Below are positions 18,101 to 26,074 of a stretch of 26,457 nucleotides of DNA, in pieces. Each line of letters begins with the position of its first letter. Position 1 is the first letter of the stretch. A program made the position numbers and the translations under genes. Below the pieces are notes generated by a model. That model saw only the letters and a program-made list of their open reading frames with translations, was not told where the DNA came from and did no database searches. The stretch is from a virus (taxonomy: Duplodnaviria; Caudoviricetes), in IMG/VR virus record IMGVR_UViG_3300037722_001099, positions 1-26,457 of that record, one strand, 5' to 3'.

Positions 18101-18442
18101 ATGGCACCAACCCAAGAGACAGAAGTGGACCAATTGCGGGACATAATGGAATCCCTGCCCGACAGCGCAGAGCACCCCGGGGAGAACCGCAGAGAGTACA
18201 CCCTGACCAAGGGGGACGTTCTGCTGATATACCGGATAGCCAAGGTGGCCAACACTCCCCACGTCTGCCCCTTCGAGAAAGGCGACGTGGAGACTCTACA
18301 GAGTGCTGCACAGAATATTTCCCGGACGCAGAAAATCGCAAGCTATGTCATCGTGGTCGCCCTGTTGGGGGGGATGCTTTCGGGGATATGGTACGCGCTG
18401 AAGCTGTTGGTTATCGACTTCGTCAAGCGGCCCATGGTTTAG
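18101..18442 (+). CDS. Hypothetical membrane protein (holin/antiholin-like position)
   Basis: RBS AAGGA; C-terminal TM YVIVVALLGGMLSGIWYAL; precedes endolysin. Confidence 0.65.
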   Translation: MAPTQETEVDQLRDIMESLPDSAEHPGENRREYTLTKGDVLLIYRIAKVANTPHVCPFEKGDVETLQSAAQNISRTQKIASYVIVVALLGGMLSGIWYALKLLVIDFVKRPMV

Positions 18443-18451
18443 GAGAACACG

Positions 18452-18856
18452 ATGTCTGCTTTCAGTAAATCATCAACCGACCGATTGTCAACATGCCATC
18501 CCGACCTTCAGCGCCTTTTCGGCGAAGTGGTGAAGCGATACGACTGCACCATAATCGAGGGTCACCGAACCGACGAACGGCAGGCGCAGCTCTTCACGGA
18601 GGGCAAGACGAAGATTCGCAAAGGGGGAAAGCACACGTTCATTCCCGCCCTCGCCGTCGATGTCATGCCCTACCCGGTGGACTGGAAAGACGACAAAACA
18701 CAGAGGGAGAAGCGTATCCATTTCGCCGGTATCGTCAAAGGTGTGGCTCACTCCATGGGCATCCGCATTCGATGGGGGGGTGACTGGAACAGGAATGACA
18801 TCATTGAGGCCGGGGATGATTGGGACATGCCTCACTTCGAATTAGTGGAGGGTTAA
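18452..18856 (+). CDS. Endolysin, M15 family (L-Ala-D-Glu peptidase-like)
   Basis: IIEGHRTDERQAQL, KH...AVDV, IRWGGDW, DMPHFEL. Confidence 0.9.
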   Translation: MSAFSKSSTDRLSTCHPDLQRLFGEVVKRYDCTIIEGHRTDERQAQLFTEGKTKIRKGGKHTFIPALAVDVMPYPVDWKDDKTQREKRIHFAGIVKGVAHSMGIRIRWGGDWNRNDIIEAGDDWDMPHFELVEG

Positions 18857-19330
18857 ATGGCATTTTGGGAATCGCTTGCAGAAGGGTCACTGAAAGGCTT
18901 GGTCGGCGGAGTAGGGGAACTGTTCAAAGATGTCCGAACCGCAATCACCGGCAAAGAGCCGCTGACCTCCGAACAGCAGATCGATCTGATCCGGCAGATG
19001 AACGCGCTGGAAACGATGGCCGCCAGCCTCGAAGCCAAGGCCGCCGACGGGCAGATCGAACTCAACAAAATCGACGCCGAAAGCGGGTCACTGTTCAAGG
19101 GAGGGTGGCGCCCGGCCCTGGGATGGTGCTGCGTCCTCGGCCTGATCTACACATTCCTTGTCCGGCCGCTCCTCCCGTGGTCGGTCCAGGTCGGAGCGCT
19201 GATCGTAGGAAAAACCGTCGTCCTTCCCGCGATGCCGCCTCTTGACACCAAAGAGTTGATGGCGCTGGTCCTGGCCCTCCTCGGCTTTGGCGGTTTTCGC
19301 ATGTATGAACGCGTGAAAGGAAAATCCTGA
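18857..19330 (+). CDS. Holin, GTA 3TM holin-like family
   Basis: GQIELNKIDA, LFKGGWRPALGW, LLGFGGFRMYERVKG. Confidence 0.87.
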   Translation: MAFWESLAEGSLKGLVGGVGELFKDVRTAITGKEPLTSEQQIDLIRQMNALETMAASLEAKAADGQIELNKIDAESGSLFKGGWRPALGWCCVLGLIYTFLVRPLLPWSVQVGALIVGKTVVLPAMPPLDTKELMALVLALLGFGGFRMYERVKGKS

Positions 19331-19560
19331 TGAGTCTGCATCTCTGGAAACGCCTTATTGCCTGGCTCCTCATGCTCGACCGCCAGGCGCAGGATAAGTG
19401 GTTCGGCGGCCGGTTTGAAACCATCAGCGGCCACCTCGGGCGGGTGCAACTGGCCTACGGCGGGAGCATCCCATGGCGCAAGCGCCCCCTGCAAGCCGCC
19501 CTCTCCCGGCTTCTCGACTGGATCGACCCTCGCCACTGTTTCAAAAGCATCGGACAATAA
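19330..19560 (+). CDS. Phage hypothetical protein
   Basis: TGATG coupling; D..GG..ETISG.LG...LLDWIDPRHC motif; next gene's RBS at its stop. Confidence 0.72.
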   Translation: MSLHLWKRLIAWLLMLDRQAQDKWFGGRFETISGHLGRVQLAYGGSIPWRKRPLQAALSRLLDWIDPRHCFKSIGQ

Positions 19561-19568
19561 GGAGCCCC

Positions 19569-21335
19569 ATGATCCAAATAGCCAAACTACCTGCTGCGCT
19601 CCCCGGCGGCCTAACATGGCGCATCTACCTCGCCGGGACCGCCACCCCGGCAACCGGGTTCTCGAATGCCTCTCTCACCGTTGCGGCCGACAGCTTCGGC
19701 CTCGTCGTCTCAGGCGAGGTTCCGGGGGTTCACTGTCCACCGGGGGAGTATGATCTCGTCCTTGGCGGCACGATAGCAGCGGCTGATGCCGGGTGGAACG
19801 GCGGGGCAGCGTTTACCGTTCGTGTGGTCGAAGGTCAAGGCGGCGCGATCCGTCTCACAACCATAACCGAGGCCCAGCTTGCCGCCCCGCCCTACAATTC
19901 GGGCACCTGGCTTGTTGCCGGAGTGACGGTCGGAGAACCGGACACCATCGCTCCGACCGGCGAGAGCGCGACCATTGTCGAGGGCGCGGCGGTGGAAAGC
20001 CTATCTGTGAATCTGACCCTCTCGGCCACCGACGCTGTGGGTGTGACGCAAATGATGATTTCCAACGCCGTCGATTTCGCCGGGGCATCATGGGAGGCGT
20101 ACGCCGTCTCGAAGGCATGGACCCTGGCATCCGGTGCGGACGGCGCAAGAACCGTCTATGCCAAGTTCCGCGACGCGGCTTTGAACGTCTCGGGTGTGGC
20201 GACCGCCACCACGACCTACACTCAGCCGGTGGATGTGACGGCCCCGGTTATTACGGCTTTCGACATCCCCGCGACTTCTGACGCTCTCCTGACCCCGATT
20301 ACGACCTTCACCGCGACGGACGCCGTTGGAGTCACTGGCTGGTTTGTTAGCGAGAACGCCGCCCACGCCGCATTCTCAGACCCGAACGCCGCCGGTTGGC
20401 TCGGATCTGTTCCTACCGAGTTTACCTTTGCTGGCGAGGGGGCAAGCACCCTTTACGCTGCAGTTAAGGACAACGCCGGCAATATCTCGTTGCAGTCCTC
20501 GGACGGATGCACAGTGACGCTCCAGACCAACGTCGCCCCGTCTGCTCCGGTCATCTCGGAGACCTATGCCGGGGTGGATTACATCGTTATCACGGTGGAT
20601 ACCGGATCGACAGATACTGAGGACGGAGCAATTACCACCTATGACCTCTTCGTCGACGGTTCCCCCGTCGATGTGGGCGTCACGATTTCCGAGGGAGGGA
20701 CGTATACCTTCGAGGGTCTGACAACTGATGTCTCAGTGGCACTCACGATCAAGGGGCGCGATTCCGGCGATCTCCTTTCCGTCGCATCGAATGTGGTCAA
20801 CTCGACCCCGACCGGGGCCTATATCGACACTATCTGGCCCATCGGATCGCCGGGTGGGTATGGGTCTATTCGCAGCGGGGCAGCAACGACGATCCTCTAC
20901 GCACAATCATTTCTGACTGGTGCAGGGACTTCCAACGTCAACGCATTGACGTTCCCGGTGAAAAATCGCAAAGATACTTACCCGGGGTCGGCCAGTCTGG
21001 TTGTCTCTCTCGTGGCCGATGTTGGCGGATTCCCCACGGGCGCGACTCTCGGGACAATCACTTTCACTGCGGCAGAGTTGGCGACCATGCTTCCCGTCCA
21101 AGACACCTATTACAATCTCCGCAGGGCGTTTACCTCGGCAATTTCTATATCTCCGAGTACCCTGTACCATGTCAAATTCGCGCTTGCCAGCGCGACAGGT
21201 GATACCGTCATGCAGATACCAACACACCTGACCGAGGTATATGTTGACGGGTCGGCAACATATAAGATCGACGCCGCAGGGTGGGTAAACGCTGCCGCTG
21301 GAACTGACGTTGTTGTTCGCGTGGAGACGACATGA
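19569..21335 (+). CDS. Ig-like/FN3-like multidomain protein
   Basis: ATG 19569 with RBS AAGGAG; repeats DTIAPTG/DVTAPVI, ATDAVGVT x2, RDAALNVS/KDNAGNIS; NVAPSAP...YTFEGLT; no signal peptide. Confidence 0.72.
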   Translation: MIQIAKLPAALPGGLTWRIYLAGTATPATGFSNASLTVAADSFGLVVSGEVPGVHCPPGEYDLVLGGTIAAADAGWNGGAAFTVRVVEGQGGAIRLTTITEAQLAAPPYNSGTWLVAGVTVGEPDTIAPTGESATIVEGAAVESLSVNLTLSATDAVGVTQMMISNAVDFAGASWEAYAVSKAWTLASGADGARTVYAKFRDAALNVSGVATATTTYTQPVDVTAPVITAFDIPATSDALLTPITTFTATDAVGVTGWFVSENAAHAAFSDPNAAGWLGSVPTEFTFAGEGASTLYAAVKDNAGNISLQSSDGCTVTLQTNVAPSAPVISETYAGVDYIVITVDTGSTDTEDGAITTYDLFVDGSPVDVGVTISEGGTYTFEGLTTDVSVALTIKGRDSGDLLSVASNVVNSTPTGAYIDTIWPIGSPGGYGSIRSGAATTILYAQSFLTGAGTSNVNALTFPVKNRKDTYPGSASLVVSLVADVGGFPTGATLGTITFTAAELATMLPVQDTYYNLRRAFTSAISISPSTLYHVKFALASATGDTVMQIPTHLTEVYVDGSATYKIDAAGWVNAAAGTDVVVRVETT

Positions 21336-22444
21336 TCGAGATACCCTTTGACGACAGCCGCCTGAGTTATCTCGGGCGGTGGTTCGAGACTGGCGGCGGA
21401 ATCTCGTCTGCGTGGCAGGGAGCGCAGCTGCGCTTTCGCGTCAGCGGAACGACACAGATTCAGTTTACTGCCGACGTTCAAGACAATTCGTCGGGGGCAA
21501 GAGTCACATTTATCACCAACCTCGACGGGGGGGATTGTGAGTACACTGACTTCACCTCCGCCGGGGAGATAACCGGCCTCGTCTCAAGAACCGCCACATA
21601 TTCCCTCCCGGACAGTGGAAGCCATACAATCATCGTCAAGCCGTCTGTCTGCCTCCCACTGAGCCAGTGGGCGCTTTCCGCCAAAATGATCCTCAAGACT
21701 ATCAGCATCGACGATGGAGGAACGCTGTCATCTTGGCCTCAGAGGGGCTATGTCTCGGCCATGTGCATCGGGGATAGTTGGATGGCCGCTTTCCACGATT
21801 GGCCTCGGCTGATGCCAGACCAAATCTCTATCTATCCGGTGTCATTTGGGGGCGCGAAGATTAGCGAGCTGGAGTCCATGTACGCATACACCCGCAGCGG
21901 GGTTCTCGCCCCAGCCGACCCGACATTCAGTGCCGTTATCATCAACAGCAGCGTTAATGACTACAATGGAGGGGTTTCGGAGGTGTCTTTTGAGACTTCC
22001 CTATCCTCCCTTGTTGATAAGGTGCGAGCCGACCAGCCAGACGCGATAATTTTTATTGTGCAGTCCCCAGACAACACCGGGGCTGGCAGAATTTACAGCA
22101 AATACGGACCAAATATGGCAACCGTGGCATCAACTAGGGATGGCGTCGAATACATCCCTATCGCCGGGATTCCTACACTGACATGGCTCGGCGATAACGC
22201 CCATCTCGATTTCGCGTCCCGGCAGATTTTGGCGACGTTCGTTGCTACAACGGTCCTGAACTCGTTTCCCCATGTCGGGTCTGTTATTCTCACCACCGAC
22301 AGCGCACAGGCAGTAATCACCTACTACCCCGACCCCGGCAGTGGCAACCGTAATGCACCCGGCGTCATCATAGACGGCACCTATTACCCGCTTGACCTCA
22401 CCATCGAAGGCTTTCAATTCATAAACAACGGAGTCAGATTATGA
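21332..22444 (+). CDS. SGNH/GDSL hydrolase with CE2-like N-terminal beta domain
   Basis: Blocks CIGDSW, FGGAK, SSVND, DNAH; N-terminal YLGRW...WQGAQLRFRVSG. Confidence 0.8.
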   Translation: MIEIPFDDSRLSYLGRWFETGGGISSAWQGAQLRFRVSGTTQIQFTADVQDNSSGARVTFITNLDGGDCEYTDFTSAGEITGLVSRTATYSLPDSGSHTIIVKPSVCLPLSQWALSAKMILKTISIDDGGTLSSWPQRGYVSAMCIGDSWMAAFHDWPRLMPDQISIYPVSFGGAKISELESMYAYTRSGVLAPADPTFSAVIINSSVNDYNGGVSEVSFETSLSSLVDKVRADQPDAIIFIVQSPDNTGAGRIYSKYGPNMATVASTRDGVEYIPIAGIPTLTWLGDNAHLDFASRQILATFVATTVLNSFPHVGSVILTTDSAQAVITYYPDPGSGNRNAPGVIIDGTYYPLDLTIEGFQFINNGVRL

Positions 22445-22551
22445 CAATGATTTACGTTGATGGCGGCGGAACCCCACCGGCAATCGTCGACGAGGAAGAA
22501 ATCTCCCCCCCGAAAATAACAGACCAACAGGAGGTGCCTTATGGCGCGTAG
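22441..22551 (+). CDS. Possible 36-aa acidic peptide
   Basis: ATGA overlap with the esterase gene; GGAG upstream; fills the gap; translated by hand. Confidence 0.3.
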   Translation: MTMIYVDGGGTPPAIVDEEEISPPKITDQQEVPYGA

Positions 22552-23116
22552 TTTCCGATTCGGCATCATCGTCCCAGGAACGACTTACTTTATTGACGCC
22601 TCTGCCACCAGTCTCGGTCCATGGATTGTCACCGACACCATACCGGATACATCTCTGGTGGACCTCCTCGACGGCACCCACCGACTCGACGCGCCCAATG
22701 CGCCCACAGATCAGTATGTCCGCATCCGCGTAATGGCGGGATCTCTGACCTCTACGCCAGAACGCACCTACCCGCCGCATCCGACGGAGCCGGGGGTGTT
22801 CAACCTCTACGTCGACACCGTCACCCTCGGCATGGGGATCGCCGACGGGCTGATTTTCGCCTCCGCACCCGTCGGCTCCTACGTGGTCGCCGGACAAAAA
22901 CTCGGCGCCGCGTTGGCCTCCGTCAAAACCGGCGCCTCCCCCTGGGCCCCCGGACACGCCGAGCTCACCCCTCCCGCCGATGTCGGCAACATCCGGATCA
23001 CCCTCACCCGGATCGACGGCCCGGTGACCGAGCGCGTCATCGAAGTCATCGTCGACACCACCGGCCTCGGCGGCCAATCCATCAATTTCGCCACCCTCCT
23101 CCCGGCGCCCGTCTGA
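22541..23116 (+). CDS. Hypothetical beta-rich protein
   Basis: Strong RBS AGGAGG; phage-like codon usage; no family recognised. Confidence 0.75.
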   Translation: MARSFRFGIIVPGTTYFIDASATSLGPWIVTDTIPDTSLVDLLDGTHRLDAPNAPTDQYVRIRVMAGSLTSTPERTYPPHPTEPGVFNLYVDTVTLGMGIADGLIFASAPVGSYVVAGQKLGAALASVKTGASPWAPGHAELTPPADVGNIRITLTRIDGPVTERVIEVIVDTTGLGGQSINFATLLPAPV

Positions 23117-23124
23117 TTTTTCCC

Positions 23125-23153
23125 TTGACGCCGCCCCCCGCGCCGTCTATTTT
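23125..23153 (+). promoter_or_regulatory. Sigma70-like promoter
   Basis: TTGACG-17 bp-TATTTT; predicted start near 23160. Confidence 0.68.
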
Positions 23154-23240
23154 GTCACCGTGTGAGGGGGTCTTTTCCTACTCACACAGCAAAACCGGCA
23201 AAAATGCCAGCAAATCGGCAGGCTTTCGGGTTTTGTCATT

Positions 23241-23267
23241 GCCGCTATAGCTCAGCTGGTAGAGCAG
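23241..23267 (+). tRNA. 5' fragment of a tRNA-Thr-like gene (acceptor 5' strand plus D arm only); probable att-site component
   Basis: GCCGCTA-TA-GCTC-AGCTGGTA-GAGC-AG fits tRNA positions 1-27; no canonical anticodon loop, T loop or CCA follows. Confidence 0.8.
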
Positions 23268-23290
23268 TTAAGCGCCAAAATAACCACGAG

Positions 23291-23323
23291 CGCCGCAATC
23301 CTTGGAGATTGCGGCGTTTTTTT
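23291..23323 (+). terminator. Intrinsic terminator
   Basis: CGCCGCAATC-CTTGGA-GATTGCGGCG then TTTTTTT. Confidence 0.88.
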
Positions 23324-23367
23324 GTTTTTTATCGTTCGGGGTCGCTTTTAGCATCCGCCTTGAGCCT

Positions 23368-24849
23368 TTATTTTTCGGGGAGTTGCAGCCTGTAGACCTG
23401 TGTGCGTCCGCGGGGGGTCGGGCGTTTGGGGAGGTTGATCCGGGCGGTGGGGTCGCCGTTGGTGTGGCGGGGGAATTTGTAGGTGAGTTCGATTCGGCCG
23501 GGGTAGATTTCGATGCGATCGAGGAGGGCGGTGAGGAGCCTCCGCTGTTCGGGGAGGGTGAGGACGTGCCACTCGTCGGCGCTGAGGGCGAGGTTTTGCC
23601 AGTCGGGTTCCGGGTGGTGTTGGGCGTGGATCTGCCGTCGCTCCTGTTGGAGATTGGCGAGTTGGGTCTTGAGGTCGGTGCTTTTGCGACGGGCGAGTTC
23701 GGCGGGGATGATCCCTTCGGCGATGGCGTTGATGAGGTTTTGCTGCTGGCGCTGCGCTTCGGTCTCGCGGACGGTGATCTGGCGCAGGGGTTCGGTGGTG
23801 TCGGTGGAGTTTTGGCTGTGCTGCCAGTAGTGCTGCAGGTCGTCGAGGCGGGCCAGTGTGCCGAGGATGTTTTTGACGATGCGGGGATCGATGGTCTGTT
23901 GTGGGTGCATGCGGCTGCCGGGGCAGGAGGCGCTGCAGGCGTAATAGTGGAGCTGGCTGCCGTCGGTCCGGCGCTGTCCGGGCTGCTGGCGGATGGAGGC
24001 GCCGCAGGGGCCGCAGACGGCCAAGCCGAGACTGGAAAGGAGGCTTTGGCGTCCGGTGGGGGCGCAGCGTTTGGCGCGATTGCTGCGGGCGGCTCGGATG
24101 CGGTCGGCCTCGTGGCTGTCGATAACGGCGGGCCACTGGCCGGGGATGGTGTCGCCGGTGTCGGGGTCGAGGCGCAGGCCCTGGTACATGAGGAGGCGCC
24201 GGTCGGCGATGGCGTTGCGCACGGAGATGTAGGGGAGGCCGGTCTGCTCGGCGACGGTTTTGGCGGGGAGGGTTTCGGCGAGCTGCATCATGCGTCGGAA
24301 GGTGGCGATTTTTTCGGAGTCGATGACGAGGCCGCCGGCGGCTCGATCATGACGGTAAGGGGTGGGCGGGTTGCCGCTGAGCCACTTGCCGGCGCGGTAG
24401 GCTTCGGCCCGGCCTTCGCGCATGCGGGCCTGGAGGATGCGCATTTCGACGGAGGAGAAGCCGCCTTCCATGATGAGGAGCATCCAGTCGCTGGTCTGGC
24501 CGGGGTCGAGGATTCGTGAGGGGGTGGCGAGTTTGACCCGGTGCTGTTGGCAGAGGTGGAGCCAGGCGGTGTAGTCCTGCAGGGAGTCGTCGCGGGAGAG
24601 GCGCGAGAGTTCGAGACAGAGGACGATCTGCACTTTTCCGGCGCGGATGTCGCCTTCGAGCCGTCCGCGCTCGGGGAGTTCGGCTGTTTTTCCCCGGGCG
24701 GCGCTGGCGTGGCCGTCGTCGTAGATCTGCACCTGCCACCCCTGGGCCCGGGCATGGGCGGGGAGCTGCTCGCGCTGCACTTGCAACCGGTGGCTGGGTT
24801 TGCCTTGTTCTTCGCGGGATTTGCGGATGTAGACGGCGCAGGTGGTCAC
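23368..24849 (-). CDS. Large serine recombinase (phage integrase)
   Basis: AVYIRKS (catalytic Ser), DDGHASA, ELSRLSR, GKWLSGNPPTPY, zinc ribbon CGPCG...YYACSASC, C-terminal coiled coil. Confidence 0.95.
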   Translation of the reverse strand: MTTCAVYIRKSREEQGKPSHRLQVQREQLPAHARAQGWQVQIYDDGHASAARGKTAELPERGRLEGDIRAGKVQIVLCLELSRLSRDDSLQDYTAWLHLCQQHRVKLATPSRILDPGQTSDWMLLIMEGGFSSVEMRILQARMREGRAEAYRAGKWLSGNPPTPYRHDRAAGGLVIDSEKIATFRRMMQLAETLPAKTVAEQTGLPYISVRNAIADRRLLMYQGLRLDPDTGDTIPGQWPAVIDSHEADRIRAARSNRAKRCAPTGRQSLLSSLGLAVCGPCGASIRQQPGQRRTDGSQLHYYACSASCPGSRMHPQQTIDPRIVKNILGTLARLDDLQHYWQHSQNSTDTTEPLRQITVRETEAQRQQQNLINAIAEGIIPAELARRKSTDLKTQLANLQQERRQIHAQHHPEPDWQNLALSADEWHVLTLPEQRRLLTALLDRIEIYPGRIELTYKFPRHTNGDPTARINLPKRPTPRGRTQVYRLQLPEK

Positions 24850-24862
24850 GGTAGTCGGCAGC

Positions 24863-25384
24863 TCATGGCCTTTTTACGCAAAGAGCATAAAATGTTAGCT
24901 CTTCAGTCCCCCCGATCCCGTAACAACTTATTGACATGTAGTCAGGGTCATAAATACAGGCACCCGCAGAGTAACTACCTCCTTCGCTAATTCGTGGGGC
25001 GACATTGCCCCATAGCACGACATAGGTAAGAGACTGATTGTAAGGGAAGACAAGAATGCTCCCATGCACTGCAAGAGGAAAAGATTCCGGCCATGTTTTT
25101 GTTTCATAATCGTAAAAAAGCTCTTGTATTTCGCTTTGTGACGGTAGTGTCCATCCGGCACCAAGCGTTGAGCAATATTGATTGGCATCCTCCCAATTTA
25201 GCTCTAATTCTGAGCCTCCCCGCTCCCACAATATCCCAGTTTTATTGTCTATGGCTTCCAGTTGAGAGACAACTTCGAATCTCGGTGTCGGTTCTTCTGG
25301 TGCTTGATATTCCGGTGAACTGTCGCCACCACCGCACGCAGACAACAAAAAAGCCGTCAAAATAGCTATCATGTTTTTCATCAT
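24863..25384 (-). CDS. DUF1566 (Lcl C-terminal-like) lipoprotein
   Basis: Lipobox LLSA-C; DNKTGILWE, NWEDANQYC, GWTLPSQSEI, terminal ALCV. Confidence 0.83.
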   Translation of the reverse strand: MMKNMIAILTAFLLSACGGGDSSPEYQAPEEPTPRFEVVSQLEAIDNKTGILWERGGSELELNWEDANQYCSTLGAGWTLPSQSEIQELFYDYETKTWPESFPLAVHGSILVFPYNQSLTYVVLWGNVAPRISEGGSYSAGACIYDPDYMSISCYGIGGTEELTFYALCVKRP

Positions 25385-25458
25385 TCCCTCCCGTAAGACA
25401 TCTATTTAAAGAACCCGCCACCCCAGCCGCATTATCTCTAAGCGCAAAGCAACTCCGC

Positions 25459-25887
25459 TCAACCGTTGCCTTGCGCTCGGTCGTTTTCCTCTTCCCCGCC
25501 CCCGCCGTCTACGACTTCCATGGTGTCGATGTAGTAGCCGGTCAGCCTGTCCAGGATCTCCCGCTTTTGTGTTTGCGGGATTCGGCGGAGCATGGTGACG
25601 AAACGCTTTTCGTCTTCGCTGAGGGCTTGCCCTCGGACGTATTCGGGTGAGGGCTCGGCGACCTGTTCGACGGTCGGGGTTTTTTTACCAGTGATGAGCC
25701 AGTCGAGAGATGTCCCGGTATTTTCTGCCAACCACGCCAAAAACTCAATGCTGGGCTGAGAATCATCATTTTCAATGGAGCTGATCAGGCTTTGTGCACA
25801 GCCGAAATCTTGGGCGGCTTCAACCTGTGTCAGGCCCGCAGACTTTCTGATTTCTCGAATTTTGGCCCCAAGAGTTTTCGATATCAT
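25459..25887 (-). CDS. CI-like repressor (XRE HTH)
   Basis: IREIRKSAGLTQVEAA...QSLISSIE...SLDWLITG; divergent from the Cro-like gene. Confidence 0.88.
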   Translation of the reverse strand: MISKTLGAKIREIRKSAGLTQVEAAQDFGCAQSLISSIENDDSQPSIEFLAWLAENTGTSLDWLITGKKTPTVEQVAEPSPEYVRGQALSEDEKRFVTMLRRIPQTQKREILDRLTGYYIDTMEVVDGGGGEEENDRAQGNG

Positions 25888-25893
25888 GGGTGA

Positions 25894-25921
25894 ATAATAT
25901 TCTTTTTATCAACATTTACAA
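25894..25921 (-). promoter_or_regulatory. Repressor promoter giving a probably leaderless transcript
   Basis: Minus strand TTGTAA-16 bp-TATTAT-TCACCC-ATG; no SD before the repressor start. Confidence 0.55.
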
Positions 25922-26021
25922 TAATTATCATAAACATTAATATTTAAGTAAGATTATATACTTAGGTCTGATATTTCCCCTTAGTTTTTATGTAATCTTA
26001 AAAACTACGTTGATTTTTTCA

Positions 26022-26049
26022 TTGACAATATATCTAATGCTGATATTAT
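26022..26049 (+). promoter_or_regulatory. Early lytic promoter with overlapping candidate operator
   Basis: TTGACA-16 bp-TATTAT with extended -10 TGn; ATATC-N7-GATAT at 26030-26046. Confidence 0.72.
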
Positions 26050-26074
26050 CGCTATCAACAAAGGAGATATTTCG

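Noticed and set aside
19608-19665. GCCTAAC...GTT as a possible attC
   Set aside because: Lies inside a coding region; no complementary L boxes; GTTCTCG is not an R' site.
14281-22444. Diversity-generating retroelement or invertible tail-fibre shufflon
   Set aside because: No reverse transcriptase, no TR/VR pair and no inverted fibre cassettes seen by eye.
23188-23236. c-di-GMP-I riboswitch or C4 antisense RNA (GCAAA...GCAAA; TGCCAGCAAATCGGCA)
   Set aside because: Only superficial similarity; the GNRA loop and GGAC of the riboswitch and the second C4 arm are missing. Needs an Infernal scan to exclude fully.
23241-23317. Complete tRNA gene
   Set aside because: No 7-nt anticodon loop, no TTCGA T loop, no proper 3' acceptor strand or CCA.
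23278-23330. attC-like look: AAATAAC...hairpin...GTTTTTT
   Set aside because: Does not fit RYYYAAC/GTTRRRY, has no attC-type extrahelical bases, and is fully explained as an intrinsic terminator.
23162-23395. 77-aa ORF across the intergenic unit
   Set aside because: No RBS, runs through the terminator, and the region is better explained as non-coding.
23302-24519. 405-aa plus-strand ORF and 262-aa alternate-frame ORF
   Set aside because: Antisense and out-of-frame shadows of the serine recombinase.
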